34,360 bases of DNA, taken from the NCBI GenBank assembly GCA_038203565.1, contig JBBRDV010000010.1:1-34360 (forward strand), given 5' to 3'. This DNA comes from Atribacterota bacterium (GTDB taxonomy: Bacteria > Atribacterota > Phoenicimicrobiia > Phoenicimicrobiales > Phoenicimicrobiaceae). The position numbers and the translations under genes are program-made. The first letter of the stretch is position 1. Each line of letters starts with the position of its first letter. This document shows, piece after piece, positions 1-8,537 of this stretch. The notes under the pieces are model-generated. The model was not told the origin of the DNA and made no database searches. It saw only the letters and a list, made by a program, of their open reading frames with translations.

Positions 1-106
1 ATATAGTATAGCGTATATTTTTGAATTAAAAAAATGTTTGTACTAATCAAATTAAAAGCTTAAAGTGAAAAGCGAAAAACCATAATTCAAAACTCTTATT
101 TAGTTA

Positions 107-134
107 GTACGGGCAGACCTTGTGTCTGCCCGTA
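107..134 (+). repeat. REP-like hairpin
   Basis: tacgggcagac-cttgt-gtctgcccgta forms an 11-bp perfect GC-rich stem, beginning in a GTAC tetranucleotide (GTAG-like). Confidence 0.6.
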
Positions 135-254
135 GGACAAAGGCGTTCCCCGTTTTCACGAGGAGAGGCTTGCCTGTTTATTAGTTTTTGGCTATTAGTT
201 ATCAATATACAATTAAATATTTAAAACTTTTTTATATAAAGTATTGATTTTAAT

Positions 255-313
255 GTAGGGGTCGAATTTATTCGACCCGTCCTTATTGCGGGCTTGATGT
301 ATCAAGCCCCTAC
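255..313. repeat. GTAG-family REP doublet (REPIN-like)
   Basis: GTAGgggtcgaa-ttta-ttcgaccc at 255..278 (+) and GTAGgggcttgat-ac-atcaagccc at 313..290 (-), in inverted orientation. A truncated gtaggggcac lies at 341..350. Confidence 0.8.
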
Positions 314-360
314 ATTATTACTCGCTGTTGTTATGATTTTGTAGGGGCACTTAGTAATTT

Positions 361-750
361 TCACTTATCAAATAGACCCTCCAGCATTACTTGGGCAATA
401 GCATATTCTTTGGCGTGAGAAATGCTAATAAAATATTTGCTAACTCCTTTTGTTGAAGCGATATTTTTTAATTTTCCAGATGTACCTATGATTGGTTGCC
501 CTAGTTCATCATTTTTTATTTCAATCTCTTTCCAGTTAGCCTCTCTTAATCCTAATCCCAATGCTTTTAATAGTGCTTCTTTAGCAGCAAATTTTCCGGC
601 ATAAGATTGATATTTGTTGCCCTTCTTTTTTTCACAATATTCTTTCTCCAGGGAGGTAAATATCCTGAAAATAAAATTATCTCCCCACTTTTTAATTATT
701 TTTTCTATTCTTTCTATTTTAACTAAATCTATTCCACAACCTATAATCAA
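361..750 (-). CDS. acpS: Holo-[acyl-carrier-protein] synthase
   Basis: GIDLV N-terminus, FAAKEA..KALG and ISISH motifs; TTG start. Confidence 0.95.
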   Translation of the reverse strand: MIIGCGIDLVKIERIEKIIKKWGDNFIFRIFTSLEKEYCEKKKGNKYQSYAGKFAAKEALLKALGLGLREANWKEIEIKNDELGQPIIGTSGKLKNIASTKGVSKYFISISHAKEYAIAQVMLEGLFDK

Positions 751-802
751 TAATATTATTCCTTTTTCTTACTATTTTTTAGCTGTAAATGAATAAGCAT
801 TT

Positions 803-1198
803 TTAAAACTCTCTATAATAAAAATTATCCTCTTTTATCTTTCCTTTTAGCCATTTTAATAAATATTTTTTAACTATGTTTCTGCTAACGGGCATTAAAA
901 AAATAAAACCTAATATATCTGTAACAAAACCGGGAGTAAGAAGTAATATCCCTCCGGCCAGGATAATTGCTCCCTGAATTAAGCTGTCCCCTGGCATGAT
1001 TCCCTCATTTAAATCATTCTGAATCTTCCTTAAAATCATAAACCCTTGACTTTTTACCAGGTATGCTCCAATGGTCCCGGTTAAGATGATTACACCAATT
1101 GTAGTTAGACTCCCTATCTTTTTCCCCACTTCAATTAGAATATACAGTTCTGTTACTGGTACTATTAAAAATAATATTACTAGTTTAGCAAAAAACAT
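803..1198 (-). CDS. fxsA: FxsA family membrane protein
   Basis: P..E..ILIEVG and GGILLLTPGFVTDILG motifs; 131 aa and hydrophobic. Confidence 0.9.
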   Translation of the reverse strand: MFFAKLVILFLIVPVTELYILIEVGKKIGSLTTIGVIILTGTIGAYLVKSQGFMILRKIQNDLNEGIMPGDSLIQGAIILAGGILLLTPGFVTDILGFIFLMPVSRNIVKKYLLKWLKGKIKEDNFYYREF

Positions 1199-1269
1199 GG
1201 TTTGCTCCCATTTATTAGTAATCTAATATTTTTTAAATTGATTTTATCTAACAATAGTTTTAAATTAAT

Positions 1270-1707
1270 CTAAGAATTGCAATATTCCTCTACTTCTTTC
1301 TGCATCTCTTTAGATAGAGCTATAAATTTCCCCTTTGCCTCGGTTAATAAAGTGCCATCTTGCGAACGAGCTTCCGCTTGAGCCTCAATCATTCTGCCTA
1401 AATCTTTAGTCATCTGTGCGGTAAAGATAATTTTTTCACCTACCAGGGCTTTTTTTCTGTATTTGATGTTTATTTCTACGGTCATAGTCATAACATCCTT
1501 AGTTATGATTGCAGTTCTGCCCATTATCTCATCTAAAATAGAAAATAATATTCCTCCGTGAACAATTCCTTTAAAACCTTGATGTTTTGATTCGGGAATA
1601 AACTCCGCTTTAATTTTATCCTGATCTCTAAAAAAAGTAATGTTTAAACCGATAGGATTATCTTTCCCACAAACAAAACAGTTTTTATATCCTGGTAAAC
1701 CTTGCAA
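1270..1707 (-). CDS. PaaI-family hotdog-fold thioesterase
   Basis: CFVCG..NPIGL and HQG..GIVHGG..ILDE motifs; GGGAGG RBS upstream of a TTG start. Confidence 0.85.
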   Translation of the reverse strand: MQGLPGYKNCFVCGKDNPIGLNITFFRDQDKIKAEFIPESKHQGFKGIVHGGILFSILDEIMGRTAIITKDVMTMTVEINIKYRKKALVGEKIIFTAQMTKDLGRMIEAQAEARSQDGTLLTEAKGKFIALSKEMQKEVEEYCNS

Positions 1708-1730
1708 AAGTAAAACCTCCCTGCATTAAT

Positions 1731-1847
1731 TAGTCGCTAGCCTGTCTGCGCCTGCCTGTGCGTTGCACGCAGACAGGTGCAACGCACAGGTAGATGAATA
1801 GTCGTTAGTGTATCGTATCGCGTATTACGTATCGAGTATCTCGTAAA
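1731..1847. repeat. Heptamer arrays (TAGTCGT/TAGTGAA family, then NCGTATY family) interrupted by a mini-element
   Basis: tagtcgc tag[insert]tgaa tagtcgt tagtgta tcgtatc gcgtatt acgtatc gagtatc tcgtaaa. Confidence 0.85.
1741..1794. mobile_element. Nested pair of 27-bp CCTG...CAGG palindromic mini-elements
   Basis: The inner copy 1751..1777 is the reverse complement of cctgtctgcgtgcaacgcacaggcagg. Joining 1741..1750 to 1778..1794 gives a 25/27 match to the same unit. Confidence 0.75.
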
Positions 1848-1851
1848 GATA

Positions 1852-2919
1852 CTAATTTCTGACTATTTCTTTTATCGCCCTTATAGTGGCATAAATATCA
1901 TCTTCAATAATTCCGTAATGAGTAACCAAACGAACTTTGGTAGGTGGTCGCGGTGAACCCAATATATTATATTCTGCTAATTTGGGTAAAAACTGGAAAG
2001 TGTCCATACTTGATTCCTGAAGGTCAAAACATGCCATATTAGTCTGAATTGTCTCTAAATCAACTTTTATTCCACCTATGTCAGCTAAACCTTCGCCTAA
2101 AATACGGGCGTTTTTGTGGTCTTCTTTTAATCTATCTACCATTTTTTCAAGGGCAATTATACCAGCTGCTGCTAAAATACCTGCCTGCCTCATCCCTCCA
2201 CCCAGCATCTTTCTATTTTTACGTGCTCTTTTAATAAATTCCTTTGAACCGGCCAACATCGAACCTACCGGAGCGCTTAAACCTTTGGAAAGACAGAACA
2301 TCACTGAATCAACATTTTTAGCAAGAAGAACAGGTTCAATATTTAATGCGATGGCGGCATTAAATATTCGAGCACCGTCTAAATGAATTTGAATATTCCG
2401 TTGATGGGCCAATTGGCAGATTTCTTCGGTTACTTTCGGTGGGACAATTGTTCCACCTGCTCGATTATGGGTATTTTCCAAACAGATTAAAGTTGTTTTA
2501 GGGTAATGAAGATTTTCATCCCTCAATGCCATTTTAATATCCTGAGTATCAGGAATTCCTTTATCCCCGACAATCAACCGTGGTATCACTCCTGCTACTG
2601 CCGACATACCGCCTACCTCGTAATAATAAATATGGGAGTCCATCTCTAAAATTACTTCATCTCCTCTTTGGCAATGAGTCAATACCGCGATAAGATTACC
2701 CATAGTGCCACTGGGCACAAATAACGCTGCTTCTTTCCCAATTTTTTTTGCAGCCAATTCTTCCAATCGATTAACTGTAGGGTCCTCTTGGTAAACATCG
2801 TCTCCCACTTTTGCATTATTCATAGCATCTCGCATCTCATCAGTTGGCAAGGTAACTGTATCACTTCTTAAATCAATTTTTTTTAACTGATAATTATTAA
2901 TAATTTCCACCTCCAGCAT
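1852..2919 (-). CDS. ltaE: Low-specificity L-threonine aldolase
   Basis: IDLRSDTVT, GDDVY..DPTV, SGTMGN, HLDGAR and CLSKGL (PLP lysine) motifs; exact start uncertain. Confidence 0.95.
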   Translation of the reverse strand: MLEVEIINNYQLKKIDLRSDTVTLPTDEMRDAMNNAKVGDDVYQEDPTVNRLEELAAKKIGKEAALFVPSGTMGNLIAVLTHCQRGDEVILEMDSHIYYYEVGGMSAVAGVIPRLIVGDKGIPDTQDIKMALRDENLHYPKTTLICLENTHNRAGGTIVPPKVTEEICQLAHQRNIQIHLDGARIFNAAIALNIEPVLLAKNVDSVMFCLSKGLSAPVGSMLAGSKEFIKRARKNRKMLGGGMRQAGILAAAGIIALEKMVDRLKEDHKNARILGEGLADIGGIKVDLETIQTNMACFDLQESSMDTFQFLPKLAEYNILGSPRPPTKVRLVTHYGIIEDDIYATIRAIKEIVRN

Positions 2920-2981
2920 ATAAATTAAAGAATTTAAAGCTTTTTTCTTATATTGTATTTCGCATTTAATATTAGATATAT

Positions 2982-3147
2982 TATAGCGTACAGCTAATAC
3001 GTTTAGTTAGATAGTTAGTTGGTTATTTGGTTTGCTAGTTATACAGCTTTTGTAGGTAAGTTTTGTAATTTGTAATATGTGGCAAGTAATCTGTTTTTGT
3101 AAACTTTAAGATATAAGCTTATTACTCATTACATACTACTCATTACT
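2982..3147. repeat. Mixed octamer and heptamer arrays, including an inverted GTAAT heptamer pair
   Basis: tgtaatt tgtaata tgtggca agtaatc (3064..3091) faces tattact cattaca tactact cattact (3120..3147). An 8-periodic tagtt/tggtt run lies at about 3003..3040. Confidence 0.7.
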
Positions 3148-3167
3148 GTATTCCTACACGCTTGCAA

Positions 3168-4496
3168 TTAATATATCATCAAATATCTATCCAATTCCCA
3201 CTGGTGAACTTGAATTCGATAGTCTTCCCATTCTTCTCTTTTGGCCTCGATATAATTTTCTAAAATATGATCGGTTAAAGCAGATTTTACTACTTTGTCC
3301 TTATCTAATTCTAACAAAGCTTCTTCCAAGGTAGAAGGTAAACTTTCAATACCCAAAGACTTTTTCTTCTCTTTGCTCATAGTATAAATATTTTGACTTA
3401 CCGGCTCTCCCGGATTAATCTGGTTCTTAATTCCATCTATTCCTGCTTTTAGAATTACGGCAAAAGCTAAATAAGGGTTACATGATGGATCAGGACTTCT
3501 CAGCTCAGCTCTGGCACCTTCTCCTCTAACTGCAGGTACTCTAATTAAAGGGCTGCGATTTCTCTCTGACCAGGCAATATAAACCGGCGCTTCATAACCA
3601 GGAGTTAACCTCTTATAAGAATTTACCAAAGGATTGGTAATAGCAGTAAAACCTTTGGCATGTCTTAATAATCCACCGATGAAATATAAGGCTTCTTCGC
3701 TCAGTTCATATTTTCCCCTTGGGTCATAAAAGACATTCTTACCATTTTTTAATAGTGAAATATGAGTGTGCATACCAGAACCATTTATTCCGAAAACAGG
3801 TTTGGGCATAAAGGTAACATGTAAATTATGTTTTAGAGCTATGGTTTTACCGGTGAGCTTTAAAGTCATTATTCTATCGGCAGCAGTGAGAGCATCACAA
3901 TATCTGAAATCAATCTCATGCTGACCGGGAGCAACTTCGTGATGTGAGGCCTCAATTTCAAATCCCAATTTTTCCAAGGATATTACCATATCCCTTCTCG
4001 CTTCTTCCCCTAAATCAACAGGCAAAAGATCGAAGTACCCTCCTCGATCATGAGTCTTGGTAGTCGCTTCTCCTCCCTCATTTCTAAAAAATAGAAAAAA
4101 TTCCATCTCTGGTCCAAAGTTAGTGGTAAATCCCATCTCTTCTACTTCTTTTAGCACTCTCTTTAGGTTAGTTCTGGGGCAACCATCAAAGGGGGAACCA
4201 TCAGGATTATAGACATCACAGGTAATTCGAGCAACATCTTTTTCTTCTTCCCAAGGGTTTACCATAAAAGTAGAATAATCTGGTTTTAAAACCATATCTG
4301 ATTCTTCAATCCGTACAAAACCCTGGATAGAAGAGCCGTCGAACATAATCTCCCCATTAAGGGCTTTTTTCAGTTCTCTTACCGGAATTTCTACATTCTT
4401 AGGCATTCCCAAAATATCGGTAAATCTCAATCTTATAAATTTTATATTTAGCTCTTTAGCCTTATTTAAAATCATTTCTTTAGTTATTTTTTCCAT
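3168..4496 (-). CDS. glnA: Glutamine synthetase type I
   Basis: [42 protein letters not shown] and ELRSPDP motifs; 442 aa, GSI-alpha size. Confidence 0.97.
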   Translation of the reverse strand: MEKITKEMILNKAKELNIKFIRLRFTDILGMPKNVEIPVRELKKALNGEIMFDGSSIQGFVRIEESDMVLKPDYSTFMVNPWEEEKDVARITCDVYNPDGSPFDGCPRTNLKRVLKEVEEMGFTTNFGPEMEFFLFFRNEGGEATTKTHDRGGYFDLLPVDLGEEARRDMVISLEKLGFEIEASHHEVAPGQHEIDFRYCDALTAADRIMTLKLTGKTIALKHNLHVTFMPKPVFGINGSGMHTHISLLKNGKNVFYDPRGKYELSEEALYFIGGLLRHAKGFTAITNPLVNSYKRLTPGYEAPVYIAWSERNRSPLIRVPAVRGEGARAELRSPDPSCNPYLAFAVILKAGIDGIKNQINPGEPVSQNIYTMSKEKKKSLGIESLPSTLEEALLELDKDKVVKSALTDHILENYIEAKREEWEDYRIQVHQWELDRYLMIY

Positions 4497-4537
4497 TTAT
4501 ATCTTCCTCCTTAAAGTTTTTTTAATACTTTTTTACA

Positions 4538-4566
4538 AGTATACTCTTTCTCTGATAATTTTACAA
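4538..4566 (-). promoter_or_regulatory. Putative sigma70-type promoter of glnA
   Basis: TTGTAA-17 nt-TATACT on the minus strand, about 40 bp upstream of the glnA ATG. Confidence 0.55.
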
Positions 4567-4579
4567 AATAGATTATTAT

Positions 4580-4614
4580 TCGTATTACGTATCGAATATC
4601 CTGTACTTCGTAAA
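4580..4614. repeat. NCGTATY heptamer array
   Basis: tcgtatt acgtatc gaatatc ctgtact tcgtaaa; closely resembles 1820..1848. Confidence 0.7.
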
Positions 4615-4741
4615 GGAAAAGAAAAGATTCAGAAAAAAATAATATAGAAAATGCAAGAAAATTACTATTCCTTTCTTTATCTTACTGTCCTATTAAAGTT
4701 TACACGAGCACTAATCAATAAAATACTATTCTTTCCTGTTT

Positions 4742-6571
4742 TTATTCCACGGTAACGCTTTTAGCTAAATTTCTCGGTTTATCTACATCGCATCCCAATC
4801 TGTCAGCAATGTGATATGCAAATAATTGTAAAGGTATAACCGATAGAATAGGATATAGTATATCCAAAGTTTTAGGGATATAAAAAACTTTATCTGCTAT
4901 ATTGATAATTTCTTTATCACCTTCTGTAGCAATGGCTAATACCAGAGTATCTCGAGCTTTAACTTCCTTTATATTATTAATCATTTTAGTATAAACTTTA
5001 TCCTGGGGTACGATTACCACTACCGGAAAAGTCTTATCTAAAAGAGCAATAGGACCATGTTTCATCTCTCCTGCTGCATACCCTTCAGCATGAATATAAG
5101 AAATCTCTTTAAGTTTTAAAGCCCCCTCTAAACCGATAGGATAATTAATCCCTCGCCCCAAATAAAGAAAATTATGATATTTATGAAATTCTTCACTTAA
5201 TTTAACAATCTCTGGGTCTTTAAGTAAAATAATCTCGACTGTTTGAGAAATATTTATTAACTCGGAAATTATTTTCTTAATCTCCGATGAATCAAGAGTC
5301 TCCCTGACCTGAGCAAAATAGAGAGATAGTATGTAAAGGCACATTAATTGACCAATAAAAGCTTTTGTGGTAGCCACACCTATTTCCGGACCCGCCTTAA
5401 TATACATTACACTATCTGCCTCCCGACTGATAGTGCTTCCCCTTACATTGGTAAGAGCCAATATATAAGAACCAGCCTTCCGGCAAGCTCTTAAAGCAGC
5501 TAGGGTATCCGCAGTTTCTCCTGATTGAGATATCAGAATGGCTAGATCTTTTTTGCCCAGTAATATTTTTCTATATCTAAATTCAGAACTATAATCCACC
5601 TCTACCGGAATACCAGTTAACTCCTCAAAAATATATTTACCTACTAAAGCTGTATAATAAGAAGACCCGCAAGCTAAAATAGATATTCTTTCTATTTCTT
5701 TAATTTTATCTAAAGGAAGAGATAGTTTGTTAAGTTCCAGCGCTTTTGTAGATAGATTAATTCTATCTTCTAAACTACTACGAATAACCATAGTTTCTTG
5801 AAAAATTTCTTTTAGCATAAAATGTTTATATCCACTCTTTTCTGTCATCTCTTCATCCCAATCAATATTTATTACTTCTTTATGTAAAATTATACCTTCG
5901 GAATTGATTATCTCTACTCCATCTTTAGTTATAGTAGCAATTTCTCTTTCTTCCAAAAAGATTACCCTTTTGGTATAACTAAGTAAAGCGGGGATATCAG
6001 AAGCTAAAAACATTTCTCCTTCTCCTATTCCGATAATCAAGGGGCTCCCGCAACGTGAAGCAATAACTTTTCCCGGATCACGAGTAGAAATAACTCCGAT
6101 AGCGTAAGAACCTTCTATTTCTTTTAAAGATTCCTTTACTGCTAAAGTAAAATTATTCTGATAATTACTTTCTATCAAATGGGGAAGAACCTCGGTATCT
6201 GTTTCAGATATAAAGTTGTGCCCTTCCAAAATTAATCTTTCTCTTAAAGACGTATAGTTCTCTATAATACCATTATGGACTACCACTATTTCTGAATTAC
6301 ATCCATTGTGAGGATGCGCATTTATATTGTTGGGTTTCCCGTGAGTAGCCCATCTGGTATGCCCTAATCCTATATTACCTTTCGGGGCACCTTTTTCTAA
6401 TAAATTTTCTAATTTGGCTACCTTTCCTTTACATTTTACCATTTTTATTTTATTATCTTTCAATACAGCAATACCTGCAGAATCATATCCCCGATATTCT
6501 AATTTCTTTAATCCATCTAACAAAATGGGTACTGCTTCTTTTGAACCAATATATCCAATTATTCCACACAT
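4742..6571 (-). CDS. glmS: Glutamine--fructose-6-phosphate aminotransferase
   Basis: MCGI N-terminus, GHTRWATHG, SQSGETAD, EMKHGP and the C-terminal PRNLAKSVTVE. Confidence 0.98.
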   Translation of the reverse strand: MCGIIGYIGSKEAVPILLDGLKKLEYRGYDSAGIAVLKDNKIKMVKCKGKVAKLENLLEKGAPKGNIGLGHTRWATHGKPNNINAHPHNGCNSEIVVVHNGIIENYTSLRERLILEGHNFISETDTEVLPHLIESNYQNNFTLAVKESLKEIEGSYAIGVISTRDPGKVIASRCGSPLIIGIGEGEMFLASDIPALLSYTKRVIFLEEREIATITKDGVEIINSEGIILHKEVINIDWDEEMTEKSGYKHFMLKEIFQETMVIRSSLEDRINLSTKALELNKLSLPLDKIKEIERISILACGSSYYTALVGKYIFEELTGIPVEVDYSSEFRYRKILLGKKDLAILISQSGETADTLAALRACRKAGSYILALTNVRGSTISREADSVMYIKAGPEIGVATTKAFIGQLMCLYILSLYFAQVRETLDSSEIKKIISELINISQTVEIILLKDPEIVKLSEEFHKYHNFLYLGRGINYPIGLEGALKLKEISYIHAEGYAAGEMKHGPIALLDKTFPVVVIVPQDKVYTKMINNIKEVKARDTLVLAIATEGDKEIINIADKVFYIPKTLDILYPILSVIPLQLFAYHIADRLGCDVDKPRNLAKSVTVE

Positions 6572-6732
6572 TTTTTAATCCTTTCTTAAATTAAATATTT
6601 GTTTTTAAAAATAAATACCCTATTACCAATCCATTAAGAAAGATAATAGGGTTCTCCATTTTTTCTGCTTCTACAATAAATACCTTAATATCTAAGAACT
6701 TTTTTAAGCAATTGTATTATAGCATAGCATAG

Positions 6733-6840
6733 CTAAAACTTAAGGTTTAAAGCGAATAACTAAAAACTATCATTCAAAATTTGAAACTTTTTCGAAATTA
6801 TGAGTTTTAGTTTTATACTTTACACTTTTAGCTTTACGTT
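6733..6840. repeat. AAAAGCG/AAAAACT heptad element with both inverted arms
   Basis: aaaact taaggtt taaagcg aataact aaaaact atcattc aaaat ... ttatgagttttagttttatactttacacttttagcttta; related to 54..94, 33582..33660 and 17597..17640. Confidence 0.65.
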
Positions 6841-6911
6841 ATCTTTTAAAAAACTGTCCTTGATAGAATAGAAAAACCTGTGTAAGAATACTTAAGAATG
6901 GATTTATTTTG

Positions 6912-7078
6912 CCATAAAAACCTTTTTGTGCTTGCAATTACTCACAAGTTTTACAGGTTTTCTAAGGATCGGCCAACCCAGGAGCATCCGTCGAATTATC
7001 GATAAACTCCTTCCTCGTCAACTTACCCTATCAAAATACTTAGTCCTTTATATTGAGTAAGCTCTGGCGCTTGTATTT
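6912..7078 (-). ncRNA. glmS ribozyme (GlcN6P-activated self-cleaving riboswitch)
   Basis: Minus strand reads A^GCGCCAG...P1...GUUGACGAGGAAGGAGUUUAUCGAUAAUUCGACGGAUGCUCCUGGG, followed by a P4-like stem, upstream of glmS. Predicted cleavage site is between 7071 and 7070; ends are approximate. Confidence 0.9.
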
Positions 7079-7131
7079 AATTTTTTAAATTTATATTTCT
7101 TTTATCCCCTCACTTAATTAGTCGTTACTAT

Positions 7132-8478
7132 TTAAACATCTTCTTTTTCAATCACCTCTCTTAGCTCCTGGGATATTTTCTTTAATTTATTTTTATCTTC
7201 TCCTTCTAACAATATCCTAATTAATGGTTCAGTACCAGAAGCTCGGACAAAAATTCTACCTTTTCCGTTAAGTTCCTCTTCTATATCTTTAATAAATTTT
7301 TTTATGCAAACATTTTTAAAGAATCGTTCTTTATCTTTAACCTCATAATTCAAAATAATCTGAGGATATTTTTCCATTATTGAAGCCAGATTAGATAGGG
7401 GTTTTTCTTCTTCCAGAAGAACCTTCATAAGCTGTAGAGAAGTTAACAATCCATCCCCAGTAGTGCTATATTGAGAAAAAATAATATGACCTGATTGTTC
7501 CCCTCCCAATACCGCATTAACCTTCTTCATCATTTCCAATACATAACGGTCACCGATATTAGTTCTTATCACTTTTCCTCCTGCTTTTTCTATAGCCCTA
7601 TCAAAGCCAATATTACTCATTAAAGTAGTTACTACCGTTTTATTGGGTAACTCGGTTTTCTTGATAAGATTTAAAGCACAAATTGCCATTATTTGATCTC
7701 CATCTATAATGTTTCCTTTTTCATCAACAGCAATAACCCTATCTGCATCCCCATCATAAGAAAAACCTAAATCTGCTTTTTGTCTTAAAACTTCTTTTCT
7801 CAAATAAGCAGGATGTACTGAACCACAATTAAAATTTATATTAGTACCGTTGGGGTTATCGTTTACAATAATCATCTCGGCTCCTAATTCTGCAAAAACA
7901 CGGGGGGCAATCATAAAAGAAGCACCATTGGCACAATCTAAAACGATTTTATATCTCTTAAGTGTAAATTTTGGGGGGAGGGTATTTTTTATGTAATCAA
8001 TATATCTTTCTATTGCTCCAGCTAATTCTTTTACCCTGCCAATATTTTTCTTGGTAGGCCATTCATCCTTTGAATGATTTTCAAAATATATTTTCTCTAT
8101 CTCTTCTTCTTCTGAATCAGAAAACTTAAAACCATCTCCTCTAATATATTTAATGCCATTGTGATCGAAGGGATTATGTGAAGCAGAAATAACTATACCG
8201 CAATTAGCATGGTAAGCTCTGGTTAGGTAAGCTACTACGGGGGTAGGTACTATCCCCGCTTTTAAGACATCTACACCTGCTGAACATATTCCTGCTATTA
8301 AAGCAGCTTCTAACATATCCCCTGAAATTCTAGTATCTTTACCAATTAATATCCCAGGATTAGCTTCATTTTTAAATAAATATGCCCCGGTTCTTCCTAT
8401 ATGAAAGGCCACCTCAGCAGTTATAGGCTCTTTATTAGCAATCCCTCTTATCCCATCAGTTCCAAATAATTTTTTCAT
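7132..8478 (-). CDS. glmM: Phosphoglucosamine mutase
   Basis: LFGTDGIRG, ISASHNP (catalytic Ser), DGDADR, GGEQSGH and RASGTEP motifs. Confidence 0.97.
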   Translation of the reverse strand: MKKLFGTDGIRGIANKEPITAEVAFHIGRTGAYLFKNEANPGILIGKDTRISGDMLEAALIAGICSAGVDVLKAGIVPTPVVAYLTRAYHANCGIVISASHNPFDHNGIKYIRGDGFKFSDSEEEEIEKIYFENHSKDEWPTKKNIGRVKELAGAIERYIDYIKNTLPPKFTLKRYKIVLDCANGASFMIAPRVFAELGAEMIIVNDNPNGTNINFNCGSVHPAYLRKEVLRQKADLGFSYDGDADRVIAVDEKGNIIDGDQIMAICALNLIKKTELPNKTVVTTLMSNIGFDRAIEKAGGKVIRTNIGDRYVLEMMKKVNAVLGGEQSGHIIFSQYSTTGDGLLTSLQLMKVLLEEEKPLSNLASIMEKYPQIILNYEVKDKERFFKNVCIKKFIKDIEEELNGKGRIFVRASGTEPLIRILLEGEDKNKLKKISQELREVIEKEDV

Positions 8479-8493
8479 AAACTACCTCGATAT

Positions 8494-8531
8494 TAATTCA
8501 CCAATTGGTAAACCGGATAATTGGTGAATTA
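8494..8531. repeat. Intergenic hairpin (13-bp stem) related to 13963..14008
   Basis: taattcaccaatt ... aattggtgaatta. Confidence 0.7.
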
Positions 8532-8537
8532 TAAATC

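Larger units (their letters stand above)
1..313 (+). repeat. Composite intergenic repeat (TAGCGTA heptads + AAAAGCG heptad motif + GTAG-REP doublet); inverted homolog at 17510..17700
   Basis: 231..273 is identical over 43 bp to the reverse complement of 17550..17592. 9..94 aligns with the reverse complement of about 17600..17678. This copy has about 125 extra bp in the middle. Confidence 0.85.

Noticed and set aside
4497..4741. GlnR/TnrA box upstream of glnA
   Set aside because: I found no TGTNA-N7-TNACA match, and no glnR gene is adjacent.
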